DNA from: Myxococcota bacterium
GTDB lineage: Bacteria; Myxococcota; Myxococcia; Myxococcales; Myxococcaceae
Reading direction: 5' to 3'
Assembly (NCBI GenBank): GCA_052034585.1
Contig: JBPOIJ010000034.1
Span: forward strand, 19,797 to 83,796
Length of the DNA stretch: 64,000 bases
The position numbers were made by a program, and so were the translations under genes. Under the pieces are notes generated by a model. That model was not told the origin of the DNA, did no database searches, and saw nothing but the letters and a program-made list of their open reading frames with translations. Shown here one piece after another: positions 9,133 through 18,422 of this stretch. Position 1 is the first letter of the stretch, and every line of letters begins with the position of its first letter.

Positions 9133-10319
9133 CGACGTGCCTCCTCGGACAAGACCGCGAGCCGGAACCGAGCGAAGACCTCGTCGGCGCGGGCCCGAAT
9201 GCGCCGCGCGGTGGTGGCGACGAGCGTGCGTCGGGCCATCACCACGTCCTGCGCCGTCGCTTCTCCCGCTGCGAAGCGGCGCTCGATGCCGTCGGCGGAG
9301 TCGGTGGCGGCAGGGAGGAGTTCGTCTTCCACCGCCTTCCTCACCTCCGCGGTGTGCTCGACCTCATGGAGCGCGTCCCGGCGCTCGAGCCGCTCCTCGA
9401 CGAGCGCCGCGCGCTCCCGGCCTTGGGCCTGCGCCTGGGCTGCGGCGTTCGCCGAGCGCTCTCGCTGAGCCCGCTCGAAGACCGGGAGCGTGAGCTGGAG
9501 GGTTCCGACCGCAGCGAGGTCGCCTCCACCTTCGCGCCACCCGAGCGCACCGACCTGCAGGGAGGTGCCGCGCTGCGCCTCGAGCTCCACGCCGTGGGCC
9601 TTGGTGGCTTCGGTCAGCGCGGCAGCAGCCCCGACGACCGACGAGCGCGACGCGGCGTCGAGCACCTCCGAAGGCGCGACGTCGGCGAGGCGAATGTCGG
9701 GGAGCGCCCCCGCGACGAGGGTGTCGTCGTCGTCACGGCCGAGCACACGGTTGAGCGCGATGCCGCGGGAGAAGACCTCTCCCTCGAGCGAGAGCTCTGC
9801 GAGGTGGGCTTCGGCGACGTAGGCGCGGGTGACGGCGACGTCGACCTTCGTGAAGCCGCCGGCCGCCGCGCCGCGAGCGACCTTCTCGTGGAGATCGACG
9901 ATCAAGGTGTGTTCCCGACGCGCGGCCTCGAGCGCACCTTGCGCCGCCCAGAGCGCGAGCCAGGCCTGCGCGGTGCCCAGGCGGAGGATTCGTCTGCGAA
10001 TCGCGAGCTCGAGCCCGTCGGCTGCGCTCTCCTTGAGGGCCGTCTCGCGTCGCGAACGGCCGGCTCCAGCGAGGCTCACGTCCTGGGTGACGCCGAGGTA
10101 GAGTTCCGGGCCGGTCCCGCCGGTCTGCAGCCTGCGCCAGCCTGGTTGCACCATCACCGACGGGTTCGCGACGAGCCACGGCACCGACTCGGCGAGGGAG
10201 CGCCGCGCTTCGACGCCTTCTGCTTGCGCCTGCACCACGGGGTTTCGCTCGGCGAGCGCGAGGGCCTCGTCGAAGGTCAACGGCTGCGCGAGGGTGACGG
10301 CGAGAGCCCAGACGAGCAT
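9129..10319 (-). CDS. TolC/CzcC-family outer membrane efflux factor
   Basis: 396 aa. N-terminal LTFDEALALAERNP motif and a two-repeat OEP-like organisation. First gene of the CBA operon. Confidence 0.8.
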   Translation of the reverse strand: MLVWALAVTLAQPLTFDEALALAERNPVVQAQAEGVEARRSLAESVPWLVANPSVMVQPGWRRLQTGGTGPELYLGVTQDVSLAGAGRSRRETALKESAADGLELAIRRRILRLGTAQAWLALWAAQGALEAARREHTLIVDLHEKVARGAAAGGFTKVDVAVTRAYVAEAHLAELSLEGEVFSRGIALNRVLGRDDDDTLVAGALPDIRLADVAPSEVLDAASRSSVVGAAAALTEATKAHGVELEAQRGTSLQVGALGWREGGGDLAAVGTLQLTLPVFERAQRERSANAAAQAQAQGRERAALVEERLERRDALHEVEHTAEVRKAVEDELLPAATDSADGIERRFAAGEATAQDVVMARRTLVATTARRIRARADEVFARFRLAVLSEEARR

Positions 10320-10456
10320 GGGCGTGATGTATGCGACCGGCCCCGACGCTCCCTGACAGCTGGAAAAGAGAACTCTCAGAATTGCGTCACCGCCGAGCGA
10401 CAGCTCGCGACGTTCCTGTTTCCCTTCGAGCGGGGCAGTTCGGGTAAGGGGCGGCC

Positions 10457-12088
10457 ATGCGCACCGAGTTGGTTCTCGCCGCCCTCGTCGTTCTCTCCGC
10501 GTGCGGTCAGACGACGACCGTCATCGGAGGAAAGACCGCCGATGCGGGCGTCGACGCCGGTTCTGGCGGAGGCTCGTCGGGCGGAACCGTCGGTGGCGCT
10601 GGCGGTGGGCTCGCGGGTGGACGGACTGGTGGTGGAACGGTCGGCGGTGGAACGGTCGGCGGTGGAACAGTCGGTGGTGGCTCGGTCGGCGGTGGCTCGG
10701 TCGGCGGTGGAACGGTCGGCGGTGGAACGGTCGGCGGCGGAACCGTCGGCGGTGGCTCAGTCGGCGGTGGCTCAGTCGGCGGTGGAACAGTTGGTGGTGG
10801 ATCAGTCGGTGGTGGCTCGGTCGGTGGCGGGTCGATGGCTGGCGGCGCATCGGGTGGCTCTGCGGCGGGCGGATCAGTCGGCGGTGGCTCGGCGGGCGGA
10901 TCGCTCGGTGGTGGCTCCTCCTCTGGCGGGACCGCGGGAGGCGGAAGCGCCGGTGGCTCCGTCGCGGGCGGTCGCGCTGGCGGCACTTCGGGTGGCGCAT
11001 CGAGTGGTGGCAGCACGGCGGGTGGCGCAGCGGGCGGCACGACGGCCGGTGGAACGAGCGGTGGCGGCTCCGCGGGCGGCGGCACGGCCGGTGGAACGAG
11101 TGGTGGCGGCTCCGCGGGCGGCGCGTCGAGCGGCGGCACGGCCGCGCTCCCCACTGAAATCGTCGTGGTGCTCGTCGGTGACGGCAGCGCGGCGCTGACG
11201 ACGGGTGCGACCGCGGTCACCTTGCAGCGACGGCTCATCAGCACCGGGAATCTCGTGAGCAGCCTGCCCATGCCGATCGCGGCGAGCGGGGCCAATCAAC
11301 CCTTCACCCTCGGCGGCACCGCGTCGGCTGACGGCTCCCTGACCCTCTCGACGAACCGCCGCACCTTGGCGCTGGCAGGCTATGCCGCGACGCCGGGAAC
11401 GGCTTCGGTGCAGACGACGACGAGCGCGCGCATCGTCGGGCTCGTCAACGCCGCGGCGTTCACCGGAGGGGCGATCGACACCAGCACCGTGCTCACGACC
11501 CTCTTCCCCAACAACCCACCGCGCACCGCCGTGTCCGACGGAACGAACGTCTGGGTGGCTGGCGGGAGCGGCGGCATCTTCCGCACCACCGTGGGTTCCA
11601 CCTCGACGCCCATCAACATCTCGACGGCGCCCTCGACGGGCCGGGTGCTCGGCATCTTTGGCGGCAACCTCTTCCTCTCCACTGGCTCGCCGCCGACCGG
11701 CGTGCTGCAGGTGGGCACCGGGCTCCCGCTGGTCTCCACCACCACGACCTCCGTCGTCGCGGTCGGGAGCCCCTACGGGTTGGCGTTCTTCGACGTCTCC
11801 ACCGAGCCGGGCGACGACCTGCTGTACGTGGCCGACGAGAGCGCGGGCCTGCTCCGCTTCGTCAAGAGCGGCGGCACCTGGGCACAATCGGCCACCTTCA
11901 CGCCCGCGGTTCGCCACCTGGCGTGCTTCCTCGACGGCGCCGACGTCGTCTGCCTCGCCACCTCGTCCTCCACCTTGCTCAAGCTGCGCGACGTCGGCCA
12001 CGCGCTCGCGTCGGGAGGAATGAGCTCGCTCGGAACTGCCTCGACGAACACGGCCTTTCGTGGCCTCGCGTTCATGCCGCTCCCCTGA
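10457..12088 (+). CDS. secreted lipoprotein: Gly-rich tether plus ~310-aa conserved C-terminal (beta-propeller-like?) domain
   Basis: 543 aa. Signal peptide with lipobox LSAC. Residues ~35-228 are Gly-rich low complexity. The C-terminal domain ends AFRGLAFMPLP. The paralogue is immediately downstream. Confidence 0.8.
   Translation: MRTELVLAALVVLSACGQTTTVIGGKTADAGVDAGSGGGSSGGTVGGAGGGLAGGRTGGGTVGGGTVGGGTVGGGSVGGGSVGGGTVGGGTVGGGTVGGGSVGGGSVGGGTVGGGSVGGGSVGGGSMAGGASGGSAAGGSVGGGSAGGSLGGGSSSGGTAGGGSAGGSVAGGRAGGTSGGASSGGSTAGGAAGGTTAGGTSGGGSAGGGTAGGTSGGGSAGGASSGGTAALPTEIVVVLVGDGSAALTTGATAVTLQRRLISTGNLVSSLPMPIAASGANQPFTLGGTASADGSLTLSTNRRTLALAGYAATPGTASVQTTTSARIVGLVNAAAFTGGAIDTSTVLTTLFPNNPPRTAVSDGTNVWVAGGSGGIFRTTVGSTSTPINISTAPSTGRVLGIFGGNLFLSTGSPPTGVLQVGTGLPLVSTTTTSVVAVGSPYGLAFFDVSTEPGDDLLYVADESAGLLRFVKSGGTWAQSATFTPAVRHLACFLDGADVVCLATSSSTLLKLRDVGHALASGGMSSLGTASTNTAFRGLAFMPLP
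10628..10831 (+). repeat. in-frame 15-nt tandem repeat (GGT/SVG pentapeptide, ~13 units)
   Basis: Units ggtggaacggtcggc / ggtggctcggtcggc are read directly. The T/S order TTTSS-TTTSS suggests a 75-nt higher-order unit. Confidence 0.9.
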
Positions 12089-12182
12089 GGTGATCATTCG
12101 CAAGCGTGTCACCCCGACACGGTCGCTGAAATCGCGCGGGGGCGGCTGGTGCGCAGGTCCCTCGTCGCTCTATGTCGCGCGC

Positions 12183-13598
12183 ATGCGGTCATCACTCTCG
12201 TGGGCGCTCGCTGCGCTGGCGCTCTCCTGTGGACAAACCATCACCACCATCGGCGGGAAGATGAACGACGCCGGTGTCGTCACCGACGGAGGGACGGGCG
12301 GTGCTGGCGGAGGCGCCTCGGCGGGCGGCTCAGCGACGGCGGGAGGAAGCGCCGGCGGGACGGCGACGGCCGGTGGCTCAGCGGGAGGACGCGCTGGCGG
12401 AACGGCGACGGCCGGTGGTTCAGCGGGAGGACGCGCTGGCGGCACGGCGACGGCGGGCGGCACGGCGACGGCGGGCGGCACGGCGACGGCTGGCGGCACG
12501 GCGACGGCTGGCGGCACGGTGACGGCTGGCGGCACTGCGACGGCGGGCGGCACGGCGACGGCGGGCGGCACGGTGACGGCTGGCGGCGCTGCGACCGCTG
12601 GCGGCTCCACGGGAGGCGGCGTGGCCGGAGGCGGAACGAGCAGCCTCGGCACCGAGTTCGTCGTGCTCGTCGTCGGCGATGGCTCGGGCGCGCTCTCGAG
12701 CGCCGCAGCGCCGGTCTTCTTGCAGCGTCGCAGCCTCACCAGCGGAGCCGTCCTCGGAACGCTCCCGCTCCCCACCTCTGCGTCGGGCGCGAACCAACCC
12801 TTCACCTTGTCCGGCACCTCGGTCGCCGAGGGCGCGCTCACTCGTTCTCCCGACGGACGGAGGCTCGCGCTCGGCGGCTACGGCTCGGCGCCAGGCACCG
12901 CGAGCGTCTCCACCACCGCCACGCCGCGCGTCGTCGCGCTCGTGCAGGCGAGCTCCTTCACCAGCATGACGGTCGACACCTCGACGACGCTCTCGACCAG
13001 CTTCAGCGGCGCGAGCATTCGCTCGGCGATCAACGACGGCACCCAGGTGTGGGCGGCGGGAGCGACCGAAGGCGTCGTCTTCACCTCGGCGGGCTCGACG
13101 ACTGCCCCAACCCTCGTGGTGAACGCGCCCTCGAACGTGCGCGGCCTCGGCTTCTTCGGAGGAAACCTGTGGGTCTCCACCGGCTCGGGTCAGGCGGGCG
13201 TGCACCGCGTCGGGCTCACTGGCATCGGGCCTCCCACCTCGCTCACCTCCGTGTACCTCGGCGCCGGCACGAGCTCGCCCTACGGCTTCGCGCTCTTCGA
13301 AGACGACGCCAGCGAGCCGGGGCTCGACCTCGTCTACGTCGCCGACGACTCCTTCGGGCTCATTCGCGGCTTCAAGAGTGGCAGCATCTGGACCGCCGAC
13401 GACTACTGGACGCCGATGGTGCGCCATCTCTCGTGCACCGAAGACGGCCGTGACGTCGTGTGCCTCGCGACGACGGCGACCGACCTCTATCTCTTGCGCG
13501 ACGTGAACCGGTTCTCGCTCGGGCGCGCGCTCAGCTCGCTGGCGACCGCGGCGCCCAACACTGCGTTCCGAGGCGTGGCCTTCATGCCCGTTCCTTGA
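12183..13598 (+). CDS. secreted lipoprotein, paralogue of 10457..12088
   Basis: Start re-placed at ATG 12183 (MRSSLSWALAALALSCGQTITTIGGKMNDAGV), which parallels the upstream paralogue N-terminus. C-terminus AFRGVAFMPVP. The track ORF begins at 12060 inside the upstream gene tail. Confidence 0.8.
   Translation: MRSSLSWALAALALSCGQTITTIGGKMNDAGVVTDGGTGGAGGGASAGGSATAGGSAGGTATAGGSAGGRAGGTATAGGSAGGRAGGTATAGGTATAGGTATAGGTATAGGTVTAGGTATAGGTATAGGTVTAGGAATAGGSTGGGVAGGGTSSLGTEFVVLVVGDGSGALSSAAAPVFLQRRSLTSGAVLGTLPLPTSASGANQPFTLSGTSVAEGALTRSPDGRRLALGGYGSAPGTASVSTTATPRVVALVQASSFTSMTVDTSTTLSTSFSGASIRSAINDGTQVWAAGATEGVVFTSAGSTTAPTLVVNAPSNVRGLGFFGGNLWVSTGSGQAGVHRVGLTGIGPPTSLTSVYLGAGTSSPYGFALFEDDASEPGLDLVYVADDSFGLIRGFKSGSIWTADDYWTPMVRHLSCTEDGRDVVCLATTATDLYLLRDVNRFSLGRALSSLATAAPNTAFRGVAFMPVP
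12441..12605 (+). repeat. in-frame 18-nt tandem repeat (TATAGG hexapeptide, ~9 units)
   Basis: ggcacggcgacggcgggc-type units are read directly. The period differs from the 15-nt repeat of the paralogue. Confidence 0.9.
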
Positions 13599-13630
13599 TC
13601 GTTCAGCGCCTCTGGTTTCGAGGAGTCTCG

Positions 13631-14128
13631 ATGGCTCGCAGTCGAAAATGCCCTGACGAAGCCGCCGCCCAGTTTCCAGTCGGCACTCAGCGGCTCGGCA
13701 ACGACGGCCGGCTGTGGACGGTGACGCTCGGGAAGCACGGCCTTCGGTGGACGTATGGGCGACGCCGAAATCGCGCGCGCGCCAACACCAACCGGGCTTC
13801 GTCACCTCGCGCCCGCCGCCCGCGACCGAGTCACCAGGCGCTCGCGCTCGAGTGGGTTCGCCTCCACCCACGCGGGCTGATGACGCTCGTGCGCGACGAC
13901 GGGCTCGCGACGGTCCGCGCGCGTGCGCAGCTCCTCTCGCTCGTGCGCACCTTTCGTGACGGCTGGGAGGCCCTCACGAGCCGCAATCAAGATCTCTCCG
14001 AAGAACGGCTCGCCGAGGAGTCCGATGCGCAGCTGCGCCGGCACCTCAGCGAGTACTCGAGTGAGTCGATGCGCGCGCTGCTCGCCGAACGCCTCGCCCA
14101 GCTGCTGGTTCGCGCCACGAGGCGGTAG
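13631..14128 (+). CDS. hypothetical basic protein (165 aa)
   Basis: ATG preceded by AGGAG at 13621-13625. Coding-like GC3. No recognisable domain. Confidence 0.4.
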   Translation: MARSRKCPDEAAAQFPVGTQRLGNDGRLWTVTLGKHGLRWTYGRRRNRARANTNRASSPRARRPRPSHQALALEWVRLHPRGLMTLVRDDGLATVRARAQLLSLVRTFRDGWEALTSRNQDLSEERLAEESDAQLRRHLSEYSSESMRALLAERLAQLLVRATRR

Positions 14129-14138
14129 CGAATCGGAA

Positions 14139-16058
14139 TCAATCAGGGTCGCAGGGACCGTCGCAGGTCTGCGCGATGGTGCCGTCGCGGAAGAACTGGT
14201 CGAGCTGCCGAAGCACGGGGACGCGAACCCGCACGCCTTCGTGCACCGGCGTCGACATCGCGGGGAAGTCGGCCCGCCGATAGAAAGCGTCGGGGTCGCC
14301 CAGCTTGAAGTCGTGAATCTGGAGGCCGCTCGTCGCCGGAAAGTCCGTCTGCTCGAAGCCGTAGGGCACCACCGGCGTCGGCCGCAACACGGGCAGCCCG
14401 ATGAGGCGCGCGTGCTGCCAGCTCCCCAAGTTCGGAACGGCCGCGTCCATCAACCCGACCTGCATGAGCACCCGCTTGTCGGGGTTGCCGGGCAGGGGCT
14501 TCGCGAGCAGGTGCACTGCGTAGGTGGCGGGGTCGACGCGATCGAGCGGCCGCTGGAGCATCGCCAACAACCGCTGCACCTCGAGCGGCTCGTCGACGCT
14601 GAAGGCGAGGAACTCGAAGAGCGTCTTGAACGCCTCGGCGCGCATCATCATCGTGGTGAGTCCACAGCCTCCGACCTCGAGCGCGATTCGCTGCGTCGTC
14701 GGGTTGAGCGCCGCCATCGTCCCTCCGAGGATGTGGCCCTGGCTGATGCCGATGAAGGCCTCGGCCTTCCCGGTGACGAACGGCTCGCCCGAGGAGCGTT
14801 GGAACGCAGCGTCGCTCCCGAAGCTCTCGACCGCCCGAGTCACCACCAACCAGTTCGCCATCGCCTGGTGCACCCGATCGGTGAAGTGGGTCGCCTGGCT
14901 CAGCCGGTTCGTGAGCGCGTCGCCCACCACCGCGACGTCGGAGAAGTGCATGCCCCACCACTCGACGCCCACCATCGTGCGCCGGGTCTGAGCCGCGATG
15001 CCGCGTGCGCTCGAACTCTCGAGCTCTCCCAAGGTGCCGAAGGAGCCGTGCCCATAGAGCAACGACGGTGAGGGCCCCGCCGCGTCGAGCACCGTCTTGG
15101 GCACGATGGCGACGAAGGGAATCTCGACCGTTCCGTCCTCCTTCACCTGCCCGTCGGGGTCACGGAGCAAGGTGCACCCGGCGAGCGCCTCGTTCGAGCA
15201 GAACCTCGGGCCCGTCACCGTGCCTTTGATCAGCCTCGCGGTGTCTGGATAGGGCGCCTCGTCGAAGGAGCGAACGGTGACGTGCGGTGGGTGCGCGTCG
15301 AGCCAGGCAAGGGTGAGCGCTCGAACGCGAAAGAGATCTCTCGTCGCCCACTCGTGGCTGCCGGTGGTGAACTCCCAGGCGAGCTGGAGCTTCGAGCGCT
15401 CGATGCCCATCGCACGAACGGCCGGCATGATTCGTTGCTCGAACGCGTCGCGGAGTCGATCGAACGCGGGATCGTTGGCGGTCAGCCCGTCGCGGAGCCG
15501 GCGAAACCCCTCCGGCGCAGGCGCGAGCGCACCACTCGTCTGCTTGGCGCCGTGAACGAGCACCACGTAGCGGCGGCGATCCTCGAGGCCAGCGAACGCG
15601 TGGAGCACGATGGCCTGTCGCGTCTTGTCCACCGCGCGGGGATCGAGATCGGCGAAGTGCGCGACCGGCTTCAGCGTCTCCGCGTCGACGAGCACGGTGT
15701 TCGAGGTGTCCTTCGAGAGGCTCGGCTCGCCTCCATCCTCGAGGCGCACGAAGCCCTCGGCCGAGAGCTCGACGCCGAGCGTCGCGACGATGGTGGGCAC
15801 GGTGGAGAAGCCGTCGATGGGCACCTCGCTGGTGACGTCGAAGCGCTTGCCGTCCTTCGTGCGCGGCGCGACGTCGGAGGGAATGGTGACTCGAAACCCG
15901 CTCGGCTGCTTCTCGTCCACCACGCGGAAGAAGTCCGACGGGTAGGGGAGAATGCAGTCGGCGCCGGCGAGGAGCGGCTGACACCCACGCGGCAGCTCGA
16001 GCGGCTTCGGCGGAGGCGCGCAGCCCAACCCGAGGAAGATGATGAGAACTCGTCGCAC
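14139..16058 (-). CDS. secreted lipoprotein, putative alpha/beta serine hydrolase
   Basis: 639 aa. Lipobox LGLGC. GISQG (GxSxG) elbow in the C-terminal half and LLYGHGSFG upstream of it. Confidence 0.75.
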   Translation of the reverse strand: MRRVLIIFLGLGCAPPPKPLELPRGCQPLLAGADCILPYPSDFFRVVDEKQPSGFRVTIPSDVAPRTKDGKRFDVTSEVPIDGFSTVPTIVATLGVELSAEGFVRLEDGGEPSLSKDTSNTVLVDAETLKPVAHFADLDPRAVDKTRQAIVLHAFAGLEDRRRYVVLVHGAKQTSGALAPAPEGFRRLRDGLTANDPAFDRLRDAFEQRIMPAVRAMGIERSKLQLAWEFTTGSHEWATRDLFRVRALTLAWLDAHPPHVTVRSFDEAPYPDTARLIKGTVTGPRFCSNEALAGCTLLRDPDGQVKEDGTVEIPFVAIVPKTVLDAAGPSPSLLYGHGSFGTLGELESSSARGIAAQTRRTMVGVEWWGMHFSDVAVVGDALTNRLSQATHFTDRVHQAMANWLVVTRAVESFGSDAAFQRSSGEPFVTGKAEAFIGISQGHILGGTMAALNPTTQRIALEVGGCGLTTMMMRAEAFKTLFEFLAFSVDEPLEVQRLLAMLQRPLDRVDPATYAVHLLAKPLPGNPDKRVLMQVGLMDAAVPNLGSWQHARLIGLPVLRPTPVVPYGFEQTDFPATSGLQIHDFKLGDPDAFYRRADFPAMSTPVHEGVRVRVPVLRQLDQFFRDGTIAQTCDGPCDPD

Positions 16059-16139
16059 CCAGCACTTCTACGCCCGAACGGCGCCTCGCGAAGAGCGGAG
16101 CGCCCCGGTGTCACCGAGCGGTGACCAAGGCTCGGCTTC

Positions 16140-18158
16140 TCAGAGCTTGACGACGACGGTCTTGAACGGCGGCCGCTTCGTCGACGGCGCTTCCTTGATG
16201 AACTGCTGGTGCACCAGCTGCGCCGAGAGAATGCCCACCACCGCCATGTTGTCGGTGTTGGAGAACTGCTCGTCGTTCGAGCGCGTCAGGCACTTCTTCC
16301 AGAGCTGGCCGACCGGGCCCGGCGCGAAGAGCCCCGAGTCCTTCAGCGCCTGCTCGCTCATCAGCTCGTCGACGTAGGCCGGGCGCCGCTCACCGATGAA
16401 GCTCAGCGCGTCGGGCGCGCGGTACGGCTGCTTGGGCCGCTCGAGGATCTCCTTGGTGACGAGGTCCTTCGCGACGCGCTTGAGCACGTGCTTCTCGTCG
16501 AGCACCTTCAGCTTGTACGAAGCGGGCAGGCTGTTCGCGAGCGCCATCACCTCGCGGTCGAGGAACGGAAAGCGCCCTTCGACGCTGTTTCCCATCAGCA
16601 TGCGGTCGCCCTGCGACGAGAGCAGGTAACCCGAGAGCAGCGTGCGCACCTCGAGGTACTGGTCCTGGGCGAGGAAGTTCCACGAGCCGAACTCTGGCGG
16701 CAGCGTCGCGAGGAAGCGGGCGCGCGCGTCGAAGCCCTGGAGCGCCGCCGCGACGTCGGGCGCGAAGAGCCGCTTGAGCGCGTGGGTGCCGCTCCAGCGT
16801 GGCTCGTGGGAAAAGCCCGGCTCCTTCGCGCGCTCGAGGCCGCGGCCAAAGAACTGGCGAGTGAGCGCCTGCTGCGAGACCGGCGAGCGGGTGAGGTACG
16901 GATAGAGCCGCTCGAGCAACCGCGCCCGCCACTTCGACTGTGGTTGCCGTGCCCAGAAGCGCCGCACGCGCGCCTCGCGGAACAAGTCGTACCCGGCGAG
17001 CATCTCGTCCGAGCCCTCGCCCGTCAGCACCACCTTGATGCCGGAGTCGTGCACCAACTTCGAGAGCAGGAACAACGGCGCCGGCGCGGTGCGGAGGATC
17101 GGCCGCTCGGTGTGACGAATCACCTTGGGGAAGACCTCGGCGATGTCTTGCCGGGAGACGACGACCTCGGCGTGCTCGGTGCCCAGCCGCTGCACCATGG
17201 CGCGTTGATAGGGCGTCTCGTCGTACTCGGCGTCGGCGAAGCGCAGCGAGAAGGTCTTGAAGCCCGACGGCTTCGCCCGGCTGGCGAGCGCGGCGACGAC
17301 CGAGCTGTCGAGGCCTCCCGAGAGGTAGCTGCCCACCGGAACGTCGGCGCGCACCATGCGCAGCCGCGTCGCGTTCTCGAGCGCAGTGGAGAGCGCCTCG
17401 GTGGCCTCGGCGAGCGAACCGGAGAAGCGGTGCTGAGCGCCGAGCACGTCTGGCGCCGATCGAGTCTCGCTGCTCGGGTACATCGGCCGCCAGAAGGCGA
17501 CGTCGTGCACGAAGCGCCCGTGCTGCCACACCGCGACGTGGCCCGGCTCGAGCTCACGAACGCCCTTGAAGATCGACTGCGGCGGCACCACCGTCCAGAA
17601 GGTGAAGGTCTCGTCGAGCCCGACCGGGTCGAGCTGCCGCGAGAAGCTCGGTGCGCCAGCGAAGAGCGCCTTCACCTCGCTCGCGAAGTAGAGCCGGCCC
17701 GCGTGCTCCATCACGAAGAGCGGCCGCACGCCGACACGATCGCGCGCGAGCACGAAGGTGTGCGTCTTGGAGTCCCACAGCGCGACGGCCCACTGCCCGT
17801 TCATTCGCTCGAAGGCCGCCTCGCCCCACGCTTCCCAGGCGTGGACGATGACCTCGGTGTCGCTCTTGGTGCGGAACCGGTGGCCGAGCTGCTCCAGCTC
17901 GGCGCGCAGCTCGACGTAGTTGAAGATCTCTCCGTTGAACGAGATCCACAGGGTGCCGTCCTCGTTCGAGAGCGGCTGCTGCCCGGTGGAGAGGTCGATG
18001 ATGGAGAGCCGTGAGTGCGCCAGCCCGGCGAAGCGATCGAGATAGAGCCCGAACTCGTCGGGGCCGCGGTGCTCGAGCGCACCGGCCATCACCTCGAGCG
18101 CGTCACGAGACGGAGGCGCCGAGGCGTCGAGGTTGATGATGCCCGCGATGCCGCACAC
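16140..18158 (-). CDS. asnB: asparagine synthase (glutamine-hydrolysing) family amidotransferase
   Basis: 672 aa. N-terminal MCGIAG Ntn-glutaminase start. SGGLDSS PP-loop in the synthetase domain. Confidence 0.95.
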   Translation of the reverse strand: MCGIAGIINLDASAPPSRDALEVMAGALEHRGPDEFGLYLDRFAGLAHSRLSIIDLSTGQQPLSNEDGTLWISFNGEIFNYVELRAELEQLGHRFRTKSDTEVIVHAWEAWGEAAFERMNGQWAVALWDSKTHTFVLARDRVGVRPLFVMEHAGRLYFASEVKALFAGAPSFSRQLDPVGLDETFTFWTVVPPQSIFKGVRELEPGHVAVWQHGRFVHDVAFWRPMYPSSETRSAPDVLGAQHRFSGSLAEATEALSTALENATRLRMVRADVPVGSYLSGGLDSSVVAALASRAKPSGFKTFSLRFADAEYDETPYQRAMVQRLGTEHAEVVVSRQDIAEVFPKVIRHTERPILRTAPAPLFLLSKLVHDSGIKVVLTGEGSDEMLAGYDLFREARVRRFWARQPQSKWRARLLERLYPYLTRSPVSQQALTRQFFGRGLERAKEPGFSHEPRWSGTHALKRLFAPDVAAALQGFDARARFLATLPPEFGSWNFLAQDQYLEVRTLLSGYLLSSQGDRMLMGNSVEGRFPFLDREVMALANSLPASYKLKVLDEKHVLKRVAKDLVTKEILERPKQPYRAPDALSFIGERRPAYVDELMSEQALKDSGLFAPGPVGQLWKKCLTRSNDEQFSNTDNMAVVGILSAQLVHQQFIKEAPSTKRPPFKTVVVKL

Positions 18159-18164
18159 GGGAAC

Positions 18165-18410
18165 TCAGCCCTTCTTCTTCTGCACGAAGGCGACGATGTG
18201 GTTCACCGCGTCGAGGTTCTCGGGGACCATCTCGGCGTCGTCGACGGTGACGCCGAACTCGCTCTCGATGAAGTTGATGACCTCGAGCACGCCGGTCGAG
18301 TCCACGATGCCGGCGTCGAGCAGCGACGCCTCGTCCTTCAGGCTCGAGGCATCGGCGACGTAGAAGTTCGAGACGATGAACTGCCGAACCTTTTCCTTGA
18401 TGTCTGACAT
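18165..18410 (-). CDS. acyl/aminoacyl carrier protein
   Basis: 81 aa. LLDAGIVDSTGVLEVINFIESEF contains the DS(T/L) phosphopantetheine-attachment motif. 6 nt upstream of asnB. Confidence 0.85.
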   Translation of the reverse strand: MSDIKEKVRQFIVSNFYVADASSLKDEASLLDAGIVDSTGVLEVINFIESEFGVTVDDAEMVPENLDAVNHIVAFVQKKKG

Positions 18411-18422
18411 TGAAATGCTCCG

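Noticed and set aside
2972-10456. The metal-efflux module as a mobile or horizontally acquired island.
   Set aside because: No transposase, integrase, tRNA target or flanking direct/inverted repeats are visible. Composition looks the same as the surrounding DNA by eye.
10559-11140. Regularly spaced short DNA repeats at 10559..11140, 12288..12638, 32542..32835 and 54090..54230, considered as possible CRISPR-like arrays.
   Set aside because: The repeats are contiguous with no unique spacers and have periods of 12-36 nt. They are in-frame within ORFs that have signal peptides, and they encode Gly-rich tethers. No cas genes are present.
16059-16139. An imperfect GC-rich hairpin (GGCGCCTCGC...GCGGAGCGCC) between asnB and the downstream hydrolase gene, considered as a terminator.
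   Set aside because: The stem has central mismatches and no T-run follows on the minus strand. The evidence is insufficient to call it a terminator or attenuator.
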